Assembly (NCBI GenBank): GCA_049521795.1
Contig: JBEKOM010000008.1
Location: 19,702-83,701 of the forward strand
Source: Candidatus Bathyarchaeia archaeon
Lineage (GTDB): Archaea; Thermoproteota; Bathyarchaeia; Bathyarchaeales; Bathycorpusculaceae
Direction: 5' to 3'
DNA: 64,000 nt
Below, one piece after another: positions 31,113 to 40,881 of this stretch. Under the pieces are notes generated by a model, which was given only the letters and a program-made list of their open reading frames with translations, was not told where the DNA came from and did not search any database. The first letter of the stretch is position 1, and each line of letters begins with the position of its first letter. Position numbers and translations under genes: made by a program.

Positions 31113-32034
31113 CTCCTTTACCTCCTTCTTGATTCACAAGATAGAAAAATATGTCGTCCAGCGAAACCGGATTTATCGTAAACTTTGACCCGCCCTTGGA
31201 GAGTTCTCTTGAAATTCTGAAGGCCTCTTCCTCAGTCGTGAGCACTCTGACATAGCCATCTCTTCCAGTCACTATCTCGCCCTTAGAAAGCTTAAGAAAA
31301 TCGGGCGCCGGTTTTGAGAGCAGCTTCATGCTGTAGTTGTAATTCATGCTCTGTCTCAGATCCTCGAGCGTTCCGATGCGGATCAGTTTGCCCTGATCCA
31401 GGATGCCGATCTTATCAGCTAGCTCTTCCGCTTCTTCGAGATAATGCGTAGTAAGAAACGTGAAGCGGTCGTTTCCAATATCCTTGAGAATCTCCCAGAA
31501 TTCTCTTCTTGAGATCGGATCAAGTCCCGTTGTCGGCTCGTCCAAGAAGAGTATTTCCGCTTCTGAAGACAGGACAGTCGCAACCAAAACCTTTCTCTTC
31601 ATTCCTCCTGAAAGCTTGCGATTCAAAGTATCGTTGTATCCGCTGAGTCCGAGCTTTTCAAGCGACTCGCAGGCCCTCTTTTTTGCTTCAACGTAGTCGA
31701 GCCCTCGCCAAAGAAGATACGAAAGTACCGTTTGCATAGGCGTCATCCACGGAATCGGCCTCGCTTCTTGCGGTACTATGGCGATTTTTTCTCTGAGCCT
31801 ACGAGGCTCCTTCACGACGTCTATACCGTTTATAGTGGCTCTTCCAGACGTCGGTTCAAGCTCGGTTGCAAGGATACGCACGAGCGTGGTCTTTCCAGAA
31901 CCGTTCCGGCCTATCAGCACGAACACACCACGGGTGGGAATAGAGAAGCTTGCAGAGTCAAGCGCCTTCGTTTTGCTTTTGCCATAGACCTTCGTTAAAT
32001 GATCACATATGATTGACTGAGAACTCTCTTCCAT
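31075..32034 (-). CDS. ABC transporter ATP-binding protein (multidrug/DrrA-like)
   Basis: GRNGSGKTT, LSGGM, FLDEPTTGLD, TTHYLEEA. Confidence 0.95.
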   Translation of the reverse strand: MEESSQSIICDHLTKVYGKSKTKALDSASFSIPTRGVFVLIGRNGSGKTTLVRILATELEPTSGRATINGIDVVKEPRRLREKIAIVPQEARPIPWMTPMQTVLSYLLWRGLDYVEAKKRACESLEKLGLSGYNDTLNRKLSGGMKRKVLVATVLSSEAEILFLDEPTTGLDPISRREFWEILKDIGNDRFTFLTTHYLEEAEELADKIGILDQGKLIRIGTLEDLRQSMNYNYSMKLLSKPAPDFLKLSKGEIVTGRDGYVRVLTTEEEAFRISRELSKGGSKFTINPVSLDDIFFYLVNQEGGKGVGIQEERDAEEE

Positions 32035-32264
32035 CCTCTCTCACACAACACGAATGCTGAATTTTTGGGGGCGCTGTTAACTCTTTCGGTTGATGGAACA
32101 CAAGACAAGTGCTTCGTCCATCGGCGCGCTAGGCTGTTTAGAAAGCGCGCGCCCATCTACTTTCCACAAAGCTTTAAGCTGTGCTTGGTCAGAGAAAGGG
32201 ATACGAACTATCTTCAGACATTTCCAAAAGTGCAGGGTGCACAATCTGGGGTATAGTTCCCCGT

Positions 32265-32369
32265 GCCGGGGTCTCCTAGCTAGGTATGGAGCAAGCCTGG
32301 AGACGATCAAATTCGCCTAACAGCTTGTGGCCTCTCGGGGCCACGTGGGTTCAAATCCCACCCCCGGCG
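32265..32369 (+). tRNA. tRNA-Ser(GGA) with a 19-nt intron at 37/38 (32303-32321); integration target
   Basis: Acceptor GCCGGGG/CCCCGGC, anticodon stem CAAGC/GCTTG with GGA at 32299-32301, long variable arm, GTGGG-TTCAAAT-CCCAC T arm, G73; relaxed BHB around the intron. Confidence 0.92.
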
Positions 32370-32370
32370 C
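32353..32370 (+). repeat. attL core (3' end of tRNA-Ser)
   Basis: 17/18 identical to 44462-44479. Confidence 0.85.
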
Positions 32371-32429
32371 TTTTTTACCAGTAAATCTTATATAGATTCC
32401 GCATTTAACTTTAAAGAGGGCTGGTCGAT

Positions 32430-32954
32430 TTGGGAAAGACAGAGAGGATCAAGGATAGATCCATCTACGTTTATCTTCCATCCGTTGACCAAAAGAAACG
32501 ATGGGATGAACAGGCCAGCAAGCATGGTGTAAGCACGTCAAAGTTTGTGATACAGCAGGTAGAGAATTCGCTAAGGCAGACAGAAGATGACAATTACAAA
32601 TCCATTGGTGAACTTTGGAAAGAGAATAAACAACTAAAAGAGCAGTTCGATAAAGAGGCGAGAGAAAAACACGTACTTGAGATTGCGATTGAAAGGTTGG
32701 AAGAAGAACTAAGAAAGTACCGTGCGCAGCCGTTTCTTGATGACGAGTTTGTCGGCACACGACCGTATCAAAAAGAGCTCGTGGAAATTCTCAGGGAAGG
32801 ACGGATCGTAAAGAGTGAGGAGGTTCTGTCTGGATTAAGGATTAACCCTACTGAACAGGAGACAGTTAAGGCTGTTTCAAAACAGCTAGAAAATCTAGAA
32901 AGTTATGGCGTAATTAAGTCTTCACCGAAGGGTTGGAGGTGGATTGAGAGATGA
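32430..32954 (+). CDS. Integrase-associated DNA-binding protein (RHH-like N-terminus, coiled coil, wHTH-like C-terminus)
   Basis: SIYVYLP...WDEQASKHGVSTSKFVIQQV; central heptads; VSKQLENLESYGVI...GWRW; ATGA overlap with the integrase. Confidence 0.7.
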   Translation: MGKTERIKDRSIYVYLPSVDQKKRWDEQASKHGVSTSKFVIQQVENSLRQTEDDNYKSIGELWKENKQLKEQFDKEAREKHVLEIAIERLEEELRKYRAQPFLDDEFVGTRPYQKELVEILREGRIVKSEEVLSGLRINPTEQETVKAVSKQLENLESYGVIKSSPKGWRWIER

Positions 32955-33910
32955 GTCTTGATAATAATGTTGAATCAGTCAGTTCTATCAATGAGGCGAG
33001 ACTTGCTGAAGGATTTCTGAAGGACTGCGAACTTAGAAGACTTTCTCCTGAGACAATTGAAGGGTACAAATCGAGTCTCCGAATAACTTCACAAATTCTC
33101 AGAAAACAAGGGCTAAGCTTAAGCAAATTGGACAAGGAATCTCTGAAAAGAGTTTTGGAGTTTCTAGTTGATCAAGGCTACGTCTGTAACACGCTACTCA
33201 ATTATTTCGCCACTCTGTCTGGTTTCTGTGACTATTTAGTCTGGGAAGGAATAGCAGACACAAATCCTGTCGTTCCTTTTAGAAAAAGATACGTTAGGCA
33301 ATTTAAAAACCAGCATGACCCGGAAAGGAAATTAATTTCAGTCGACGAGATGGCGATGCTGATTAATTCAATATTAGATCCTAGAGACAAAGCAATTGTC
33401 ACTCTTCTGGCCAAAACTGGAATTCGAAGGGGAGAACTCATCGGAATAGACATAAAAGACATCGATTGGGTTAATCAAAGTATCCAACTCAAACCTCGTC
33501 CAAAAAGAAGCAACTGCACGGTCTTTTTCGACGACGAAACTGCCCGAGTTTTGAGAAGGTGGTTAAGTGCAAGGCGGGACTTTAATGTTCAACAGGGGTG
33601 CGAAGCCGTCTTCGTAAATGAAGGCGGGACGAGGTTGCAACGCCATGGAGTGACGGATGCAGTAACAAAGCATGCTGAACGCGTCGGATTACACAACCCT
33701 ATGAGCAAAAGAATCGAAGACCATTTCACACCTCACTGCTGCAGACACTGGTTTACGACGCATCTCAGAAGAAATGGCATGAGAAGAGAGCTAATCCAAG
33801 AGCTGAGAGGAGATGCTAGAAACGCAGCAGTCGACATTTACGATCATATAGATAAGAAAGAGCTGAGGCGAGCCTACCTGGCAGCAATACCAGTGTTGGG
33901 CATTAACTGA
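32951..33910 (+). CDS. Tyrosine recombinase/integrase (intact, not SSV-type split)
   Basis: TGIRRGE (R), K-containing loop, TPHCCRH (HxxR), LRGD, IYDH (Y); N-terminal core-binding domain. Confidence 0.95.
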   Translation: MSLDNNVESVSSINEARLAEGFLKDCELRRLSPETIEGYKSSLRITSQILRKQGLSLSKLDKESLKRVLEFLVDQGYVCNTLLNYFATLSGFCDYLVWEGIADTNPVVPFRKRYVRQFKNQHDPERKLISVDEMAMLINSILDPRDKAIVTLLAKTGIRRGELIGIDIKDIDWVNQSIQLKPRPKRSNCTVFFDDETARVLRRWLSARRDFNVQQGCEAVFVNEGGTRLQRHGVTDAVTKHAERVGLHNPMSKRIEDHFTPHCCRHWFTTHLRRNGMRRELIQELRGDARNAAVDIYDHIDKKELRRAYLAAIPVLGIN

Positions 33911-34053
33911 ACTCTCACCTCTTTCGGACGCTCCCTGTTAGGTTTTAGAAAAACGTAGCGCGCGTCAAACTCCGAGCAAAACGCTACTCATTGTCTTTTC
34001 TTGTGGAAAGGAAAAGAACCAAAGATGTCTATTGACTGCCTTTAGTGTGGGGG

Positions 34054-34082
34054 ATGGGGCCTCCACCCAACTTTACCGGTAA
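34054..34082 (+). repeat. 29-bp internal island repeat, copy 1
   Basis: ATGGGGCCTCCACCCAACTTTACCGGTAA; 26/29 identical to 37874-37902. Confidence 0.85.
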
Positions 34083-34275
34083 GAATATGCTTGGGTTATG
34101 CTTGATTGGAGTTTAGCGCGCGCGCTCGTAGTTTCGTGTATTCTGATAATGGCACTTTCGTAGTATTGGATAAAAGCATATATAGAAAAGCAGCGGGCGC
34201 AAAACCGTTTGACGAAAAGCTTAAAAGATGATACATAAAATACAATGAAATATTCGTTATGGAGGGGGAACAAAG

Positions 34276-35160
34276 TTGAAAAACAGGAAATTGAAAATGA
34301 GTGTGTTGCTGATTGCAACTTTGATAGTGGCCGTGGGAATATATGGTATCTGGGCTAACGTTGGTCCGAAAAGCACTGGGTTAGCTGGAGATAACTCAGG
34401 ATTCTCTTTGGTACGTCCAGCTTTTGCGCAGAGTATGGCTGCAGCAACCACATTTCTGGATCAAGAGGCTGGAATATCAATATACCTGAATACCGGAAGT
34501 TCTATGGACGTGAACGCTGCGGCAGCCAACCTCGTAAACATAGAAAACAAAACCTCTGACTGGGCCATAGGTTCTGTTCCTCTAAGCAGTCCTTTTACAA
34601 GTTCTGACTACCCACACTGCTTTGTCCATAAGAGCGGGTGGATCGTTGTCTACTATCTTAAAGCAACCTCACAAAATATGGCTTACATAAGCAAGATGAT
34701 AGTCTGGAAATCTGTCGCGAACGTAAATTCTCCGTTGAATGACACCAAGCTGGAGCAGGGACTGAGAATCGCTTGTACGCCTCTTGGGATATCTACAACA
34801 AATGCGCAATATTATGACTTCCAGTACCCAAGCGCCACCAACTTACTAATAGCAGCCAAGACCACAATAAATGGATCACCAGCCACGTTCAACATAGAAA
34901 TCCCAGGAACCATGACAGTCTACGAACAAGCTTGGTGCCACAAGACTCACTCTTGGACGTCATGGGGAAACCCAGTGTCACCATCAGCTTTCAAAATCGA
35001 TCAAACACAAGTTGACAGTTGGATAGGAAGCGACGAGGTAACTATTGGTATGCTTGCGTTTCTACCGACCAATCCGCTGGCACTAGACATGTTTCATGTG
35101 GTTTACGTTGATGGAGACACTGGTTATTGCGGTATCTGTCTAACTATACTTTACTCCTAG
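34276..35160 (+). CDS. Secreted/membrane-anchored hypothetical protein
   Basis: GGAGG RBS and TTG start; N-terminal basic plus hydrophobic segment; 294-aa ORF. Confidence 0.8.
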   Translation: MKNRKLKMSVLLIATLIVAVGIYGIWANVGPKSTGLAGDNSGFSLVRPAFAQSMAAATTFLDQEAGISIYLNTGSSMDVNAAAANLVNIENKTSDWAIGSVPLSSPFTSSDYPHCFVHKSGWIVVYYLKATSQNMAYISKMIVWKSVANVNSPLNDTKLEQGLRIACTPLGISTTNAQYYDFQYPSATNLLIAAKTTINGSPATFNIEIPGTMTVYEQAWCHKTHSWTSWGNPVSPSAFKIDQTQVDSWIGSDEVTIGMLAFLPTNPLALDMFHVVYVDGDTGYCGICLTILYS

Positions 35161-36186
35161 TTGTCAAAGCCTCGGAAGTGCCTGTGCTTGAAAAAGATTC
35201 CAGTGACATACCTCTGCTTAATCAGCCTACTGATTGCTATCGCCACATGCTTTACGTTGACGCATGCGAAAACTTTGCAGACTTCGAGTCTGCCTCGTGC
35301 AAGTATGCATGAAAGCGCAATTCAAGGAAATAGCATAGAGCTTAATAACACAGACTACAATTCAACTACTGCTTTTGAACATCCCGACCTTGGCAACGTG
35401 ACCGAAAACGTTACGCAAAGAGTGGTCGTAGAGTACGGAGATTATGCGGCTCAGCACACAGTGTATCCGCCTGTCGGCCTGCCGTCAATACTCTCGACAA
35501 GGATAATCGTAGAATATGCTGATACATCACTTCTGATAGGTCTTCAAAGGCCTGAGGTTTTGAACCAAACAATCGCGCCGAGAATAATCATAGAATATGC
35601 CGATATGTCGTTTCAACTAAGCCTTCAGAGGCCTGAGACCCTCACCCAGACAATGGCGCCCAGAATAATTATTGAATACGCAGATTACGCGACAACCATT
35701 GCCGTGTCGCCTTATATGGGTCCGCCGCCATATTCGAACGGCACGAGTCGTCCCAGCATTGTCGTAACGCGGGAGCCATCAGGGCCCCAAGTTCCTGAAA
35801 ATCAGAGAGTTCTTGTTTCAGCGAATGTTACTGATGCAGAATCAGGAGTAAGAAACGCAACACTGGAATACACTCTGGACAACAGCACAGACTGGTCTCG
35901 TGCACATGCCACGCCTATGAGCCTCAGCACGACCCTGCAGCCTCAGAATTCTCTGGCTCTCTCTTTCAACGCAACAATTCAGGGGCAATCGTCTGGCACG
36001 CGCGTACGTTTCAGGATAGTTGCCTACGACTTCGCTGGAAACAATGCAACGATAGATGGTGTGATAGATACCACTACTTATCTAGTAGTGCCAGAGTTTC
36101 CATCGGTCGTACTGCTGCCACTGTTTGTAATGGCAAGTCTGTGTGCAGCCATAGTCTACAGAAGAAGGCACTCAGTAAGTGGCTAA
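35161..36186 (+). CDS. Surface protein with four 27-aa RIIxEYAD repeats, Ig-like domain and PEF-CTERM-like sorting tail
   Basis: Repeats 81 nt apart (35500, 35581, 35662); C-terminal VVPEFP + TM + RRRH. Confidence 0.8.
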   Translation: MSKPRKCLCLKKIPVTYLCLISLLIAIATCFTLTHAKTLQTSSLPRASMHESAIQGNSIELNNTDYNSTTAFEHPDLGNVTENVTQRVVVEYGDYAAQHTVYPPVGLPSILSTRIIVEYADTSLLIGLQRPEVLNQTIAPRIIIEYADMSFQLSLQRPETLTQTMAPRIIIEYADYATTIAVSPYMGPPPYSNGTSRPSIVVTREPSGPQVPENQRVLVSANVTDAESGVRNATLEYTLDNSTDWSRAHATPMSLSTTLQPQNSLALSFNATIQGQSSGTRVRFRIVAYDFAGNNATIDGVIDTTTYLVVPEFPSVVLLPLFVMASLCAAIVYRRRHSVSG

Positions 36187-36450
36187 CGAAGCGCGCGCGT
36201 TTTTGTGCATAAAAGACAGCGCGCGCGATCGAGTCTGCTGACATTATTGTAATCGCTGAGTCCCCTTTCTTTTCCTTTCGTCTCTTTCTTCCTTGTTATA
36301 TTTGATACAGTTCTAGGAAGTATGAGTTTCAGCTCATGCGATAGAAGATGGTTCCAAAAAACTTTAATACCTAAACACAGAGGACAATCTTCAGGTCATT
36401 GAGAAGTAAGAATTAGGGGAAAAAATCCACCAACCGGGAAGCGACTAGGA

Positions 36451-37797
36451 TTGAAAACAAAAATGGTTGTCGTTATCGCTATTGTGTTATTGGCTCAGTG
36501 CTCAATAGCTCCATTTCTCCATGAAGCAATAGCAGATTATTCGGGAAACCATTGTCTAAGTTACAACGGGGTCAATGATTATGTAGTTTTCGGGAATTCG
36601 CCAGTTTTCCATTCAGCCGCGCTCACTCTTGAAGCTTGGATTAAACCCAAATACGACATCATATATGGAAGCAATTCACAATATGGGCACCAAAGTGGAG
36701 TGGTCGCAACCACTCGGCCGCAAGGGATGTCGACTGACACTGGATGGCAAGTGTGGTTCAGTTATTCGAATGGCTACCTTGGCTTTGCATTTTGGTACGC
36801 GCCAGCTGTTGGAGTGTCTTACCAGTCAATCAAGCAGGTCTGGTACAATGATTCGTGGTACCACATTGCGGTTACGTATGACCCAACGCTACCCAATGGA
36901 AACATAAAGTTCTTCGTGAACGGAACCCTTGACTCCGAACTTAACGAAAATCATACTATTTCTTATTCCACCGCGGGGCCTTTCGAGGCTGGTCTGTTGC
37001 CAGGTGGACCAGATGGCGGTCACCCTTTTGGTGGCCTTATTGACGAAGTGCGAGTGTGGAACATCTCTAGGCCGCAGGCAGATATTCAAAGCGACTGGAA
37101 TAGAACACTTATCAGCACTGAAATGGCAAACCCCAACCTGATCGGATACTGGCGCTTCGACGAAGGAAGCGGACCGACTTCCCACGACTACTCGATTTAT
37201 CAAAACGATGCCGCTCTAGCCCCAGCCCCATCTAATCCGCAATGGTTTAGTCCAGGCGCCCCGATAGTGCTCGCGTCTCATGATGTAGCCGTCACGAATG
37301 TTGTGTCTTCTAAGACTGGTTGCCTGCCAATGCCAACAGTTGGTCAAGGCTTCAGCGTCACCATAAACGTCACAGTGGCAAACCAAGGCAGCTACACTGA
37401 AACCTTTAACACAACAGCATATGCCAACGCAAACATCACGGGATCAGAAAACGTTACCTTACCAGCTGGCGGCTCCACGACAGTCACGTTCACATGGAAC
37501 ACTACTGGCTTTGCCTTTGGCAACTACACCATAAGCGCTTACGCTTGGCCTGTCCCAGGCGAAACCAACACGGCGAACAACAACCTCACAGGCGGAACTG
37601 TTGAAGTAACTATTCCAGGCGACCTCAATGGCGACGGAACGGTCAACATTTTGGATGCTATATTACTTGCTAACGCCTTTGGCGCCACGCCCGGCAGCTC
37701 AACCTGGAACCCCAACGCAGACATAAACGGCGACGGTGTCGTAAACATCTTAGACGCCATAATCCTCGCAGGCCACTTCCAACAACACTACCCATAG
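36451..37797 (+). CDS. Secreted LamG + CARDB + dockerin protein
   Basis: TLEAWIKP, WYHIAVTYD, GLIDEVRVWN; HDVAVTNV...NQGSYTETF; GDLNGDGTVNILD pair. Confidence 0.88.
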   Translation: MKTKMVVVIAIVLLAQCSIAPFLHEAIADYSGNHCLSYNGVNDYVVFGNSPVFHSAALTLEAWIKPKYDIIYGSNSQYGHQSGVVATTRPQGMSTDTGWQVWFSYSNGYLGFAFWYAPAVGVSYQSIKQVWYNDSWYHIAVTYDPTLPNGNIKFFVNGTLDSELNENHTISYSTAGPFEAGLLPGGPDGGHPFGGLIDEVRVWNISRPQADIQSDWNRTLISTEMANPNLIGYWRFDEGSGPTSHDYSIYQNDAALAPAPSNPQWFSPGAPIVLASHDVAVTNVVSSKTGCLPMPTVGQGFSVTINVTVANQGSYTETFNTTAYANANITGSENVTLPAGGSTTVTFTWNTTGFAFGNYTISAYAWPVPGETNTANNNLTGGTVEVTIPGDLNGDGTVNILDAILLANAFGATPGSSTWNPNADINGDGVVNILDAIILAGHFQQHYP

Positions 37798-37873
37798 CCC
37801 CTTTTTCCTAGTTCAGCGCGCGCTGCTGCAAGCATCCCCTAGAAGGCGCTGCTCGCTCTGCCACACTCGAAAA

Positions 37874-37902
37874 ATGGGGCCTCCACCCGATTTTACTGGT
37901 AA
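37874..37902 (+). repeat. 29-bp internal island repeat, copy 2
   Basis: ATGGGGCCTCCACCCGATTTTACTGGTAA. Confidence 0.85.
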
Positions 37903-38127
37903 AACGCGCGCGCAAGCCTGCACGTTAGTGTGTAAAGTCTTTTATTAGCTACCGAACATAATAGAGAAAATGTTTGGCGTAGTGAATGGCTCTCCAGAAG
38001 GGTCATCACCACTCGCTGCGATACGCAAACTTACAGTGTGCAATTGCACACTTAAGATTTTCGCAAGAGTGGCTTTAACCCTTAGGGAACCTTCCTCCTC
38101 ACGCCAAATAGGAGGGGTCTATAAAAA

Positions 38128-38313
38128 ATGGGAATAAATCTGGAAAACCCGAAGACATTCTTGCCTTTATTACTATTCATAGGCTTTGTCTTTTCATTGA
38201 TAGGGTTGGGCTTGTGGACTTGGACATCAAACGCAGGGCTAGTGATTGTTGGTTATCTGACCATGATGCTGGCAGTATTTCTATGGGTTCTCATAAATCG
38301 CAGAAGGTTCTAA
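38128..38313 (+). CDS. 61-aa two-TM membrane protein
   Basis: GGAGG RBS, two hydrophobic helices, basic C-terminus. Confidence 0.7.
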   Translation: MGINLENPKTFLPLLLFIGFVFSLIGLGLWTWTSNAGLVIVGYLTMMLAVFLWVLINRRRF

Positions 38314-38351
38314 ACTAAATGCTTGACCTAATACTGTCACCCTTCCCTTTT

Positions 38352-38430
38352 TTGAAAATAATCGAACAAAGATATGATCTTATTGTCACATCTCCACCCT
38401 ATCATCATTGATCCCTTTGCAGGAACAGGG
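38352..38430 (+). pseudogene. Remnant of a beta-class amino DNA methyltransferase
   Basis: LKIIEQRYDLIVTSPPY (38352-38402) directly followed in another frame by IIIDPFAGTG (38401-38430). Confidence 0.65.
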
Positions 38431-38678
38431 TGCATGTCTGTTAAGTTTACAGTATCCCTTTGGGTTATCCGCAAGAAGGTCTAGCCACTAATGTTGGGCC
38501 CCAGCGCGCGCGCTATTGAAATATTCAAACATGATTCCAATGTAAACATAACCTGATCTTAGACACGTTAAGGATGGGTGAGTCTTAAATGGCATTTGGC
38601 AACGTCAAAGTCATAGGATTTTGAGCACTCTACAACGAGCACAACAGGTGTGCGTGCTAAGCGAGAAAGTATTTTAAG

Positions 38679-39155
38679 ATGACTAACAGGTGTAAGGTTG
38701 TGCAAGAGAAATTGCAGAAAAACGGCAAACAGGAAGCCTCAAATCAGATCCTATCAGGTGAAGGTTTCCCTGACGGAAATGCGAAGGGAGAAGTAATTAA
38801 AGTTAGAAGATTGGAACTAGATTTAGGCAAGAAAGGACTATTCTTATCCTGCGAACCAAGGAAAATCATAGTCGCACAGGAGCTTCTCGCTATAGACGGT
38901 GCAAGTTTTGCCATAAGGGCTTTTCTCATGTCTGAGAATGTCGAACATTTGTTACCAAAAGCGATTCTACTAGAAAAGTGTAATGTCGAGCTTTTGAACG
39001 GTTTAGTGGCCGCTGAAAGTGGTAAACCTAATATTGTTTTGCCCATTTACGTATGGGATGTCCGTTCTGAGCTTTTGAATAGAATCGAGAACGGAGAAAC
39101 ATTGGAGATAAAGGTAAAACAGCATAAGGCAATCATCCATAGACTGTCGAAATAA
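38679..39155 (+). CDS. Divergent aconitase X swivel-domain (DUF126, phosphomevalonate dehydratase small subunit-like) protein
   Basis: LSGEGFPDGNAKGEVI, KIIV, ASFAI, PKAILLEK...LLNG, IENGETLEI follow the DUF126 pattern; KGST motif absent. Confidence 0.62.
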   Translation: MTNRCKVVQEKLQKNGKQEASNQILSGEGFPDGNAKGEVIKVRRLELDLGKKGLFLSCEPRKIIVAQELLAIDGASFAIRAFLMSENVEHLLPKAILLEKCNVELLNGLVAAESGKPNIVLPIYVWDVRSELLNRIENGETLEIKVKQHKAIIHRLSK

Positions 39156-39178
39156 ACACATTTAGAAAAAGACCACTA

Positions 39179-40063
39179 TTAGAAACCCTGGAAACACTCT
39201 GTAGTAATCCTAATGAAACCGTCAACAACTGAATCAAGGTCAAATCTAAATTCTGAATAACGTTTTATCAATCTTCTTATGGCCAGCGAGACCAAAGGAA
39301 CATTCGCCATAACTTCATTTATCACTTCGAACCAACGGTTCTCGTACTCGTCAGCAAGTTTCCTGTCAAACTCCTGCAGGGCCAGAATTACAGAAACCTT
39401 GCCCAGGCTTCTTGCTGTATGCAAAACTAGACAAGGAAATGTCAAGTCCTCTGAATCAATTGACTCTCTAAGTGCCCTTATATTCAATCGTTTTTTCTCT
39501 TCGAGGAGTGCTTCAAGAGACAATTGCCGATAGCTAATGTCACTCCTAAACATCAACTTGTAAGCTTTTGTGTCCCCGATCAGATTCAGGAGTATGGACA
39601 GGTATTCTCGTGATATTCCTTCATCTTTTGTAAGCGAATAAATTCTATTCAAATTGCTCATGAACTCTGAGCCCCCGTGCGGAGGGTACTCTTTTAGAAC
39701 ATAGTGAGCTATTTCATGGGCCAGAGCGAGTCTCTTTTCGCTGTCTGAGCGTTTAGCAAGGTCTTCAAGGTCGATACATATTTCTGGGGGTGGATATGGC
39801 ATGAAGAGAATTGCAGGAAGCGAGGAGACAAAGAATCTTGTTTGTTTAAGGCTAGTTCTTTTTTTTAACTCTCTAATAATGTAATTGTGAAAGACAATTC
39901 TGTTGTTACACATGGTAACATTGACAGTTTCATCTTTTCCAGAAAGCTGACTGGAAATCGTAGCAATCTCCAAGCAAAGGCTTTTTTTCATTTGCAGGGA
40001 TATGTTGCCAATCGTTTTCGCGTTAATTGACAATAATGTCTCCCTTGAGTTCTGTATGGTCAT
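39179..40063 (-). CDS. Putative zincin-like metallopeptidase (HEXXH)
   Basis: LALAHEIAHYVLKEYPPHGGSEF; ATGA overlap with the upstream gene. Confidence 0.65.
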   Translation of the reverse strand: MTIQNSRETLLSINAKTIGNISLQMKKSLCLEIATISSQLSGKDETVNVTMCNNRIVFHNYIIRELKKRTSLKQTRFFVSSLPAILFMPYPPPEICIDLEDLAKRSDSEKRLALAHEIAHYVLKEYPPHGGSEFMSNLNRIYSLTKDEGISREYLSILLNLIGDTKAYKLMFRSDISYRQLSLEALLEEKKRLNIRALRESIDSEDLTFPCLVLHTARSLGKVSVILALQEFDRKLADEYENRWFEVINEVMANVPLVSLAIRRLIKRYSEFRFDLDSVVDGFIRITTECFQGF

Positions 40064-40881
40064 TCTCTAATCAAATCATCTATAAAAGAGGCATCCTCTA
40101 CTTTTTCGCCACTCTGCCACAATTCTCTTTCAAACTCATCTCTTAGCTGCTGGGCCCTTTCTTTGTTTTCGACCAATTTTCCCTCAAAAATCTTCTTCGT
40201 TTCTTCATCTCTGTTTGAATAAACAATGTACTTGTCGCCTATAATAGTAGCTTCAAGAAATTTTGACTTCTCGTCGATCTTACCACAACGAATCTTGAAG
40301 TTTGAATTTGTCTCTTTTAGAAACTTCTCCAATATCTTTTTTCCCTCTTTAACGTAGCCTTTGTAGTTTTCATCCCGAATGTATTGTTTGAGAACAAGTG
40401 CTGCATTGTACTTATCAAAGAAATATTTCACTTTGAGACCCATTTCAGCCTTTCCGTCCCTAGATGCAGATGCCTTCAAAAGCAAATCGAAGTATTTTCT
40501 TCTAAACTTGGACTTCTCTGAACTGGGAAAAGGAAACGCGGAAGGGTCATATTCAGAGGCTAGTATAACCCCTGGTGTCGTGGAAACGATACAAATATCG
40601 GTTGAATTTTCGACAACCCATCTGGATTTTTCGTAAAATTGTTTTGCAGTATGGAGTTCCTTGTAGTTCCTTATATTAACCGCGGAAATGACAATTCCTC
40701 CAGATGTAAGTCCTGACAACGCGATACCCAAAGCAAATGCGAGTTGATTCAGGTAGACAAGCACACCCAAGCACGCTGCTATAACAATTAGGATTAGGAT
40801 GACTGCTATTCCTCTAAGACCTAATCTATCGTAAATACTACGAAATTCATTGAATTTTCTGTTTGAACTTATTTCGCTCAT
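40060..40881 (-). CDS. Two-TM membrane protein with a soluble alpha/beta (TrmB/PLD-like) domain
   Basis: Two N-terminal TMs; DICIVSTT...IIGDKYIV...FERELW pattern; no HKD motif; ATGA overlap. Confidence 0.6.
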   Translation of the reverse strand: MSEISSNRKFNEFRSIYDRLGLRGIAVILILIVIAACLGVLVYLNQLAFALGIALSGLTSGGIVISAVNIRNYKELHTAKQFYEKSRWVVENSTDICIVSTTPGVILASEYDPSAFPFPSSEKSKFRRKYFDLLLKASASRDGKAEMGLKVKYFFDKYNAALVLKQYIRDENYKGYVKEGKKILEKFLKETNSNFKIRCGKIDEKSKFLEATIIGDKYIVYSNRDEETKKIFEGKLVENKERAQQLRDEFERELWQSGEKVEDASFIDDLIRE

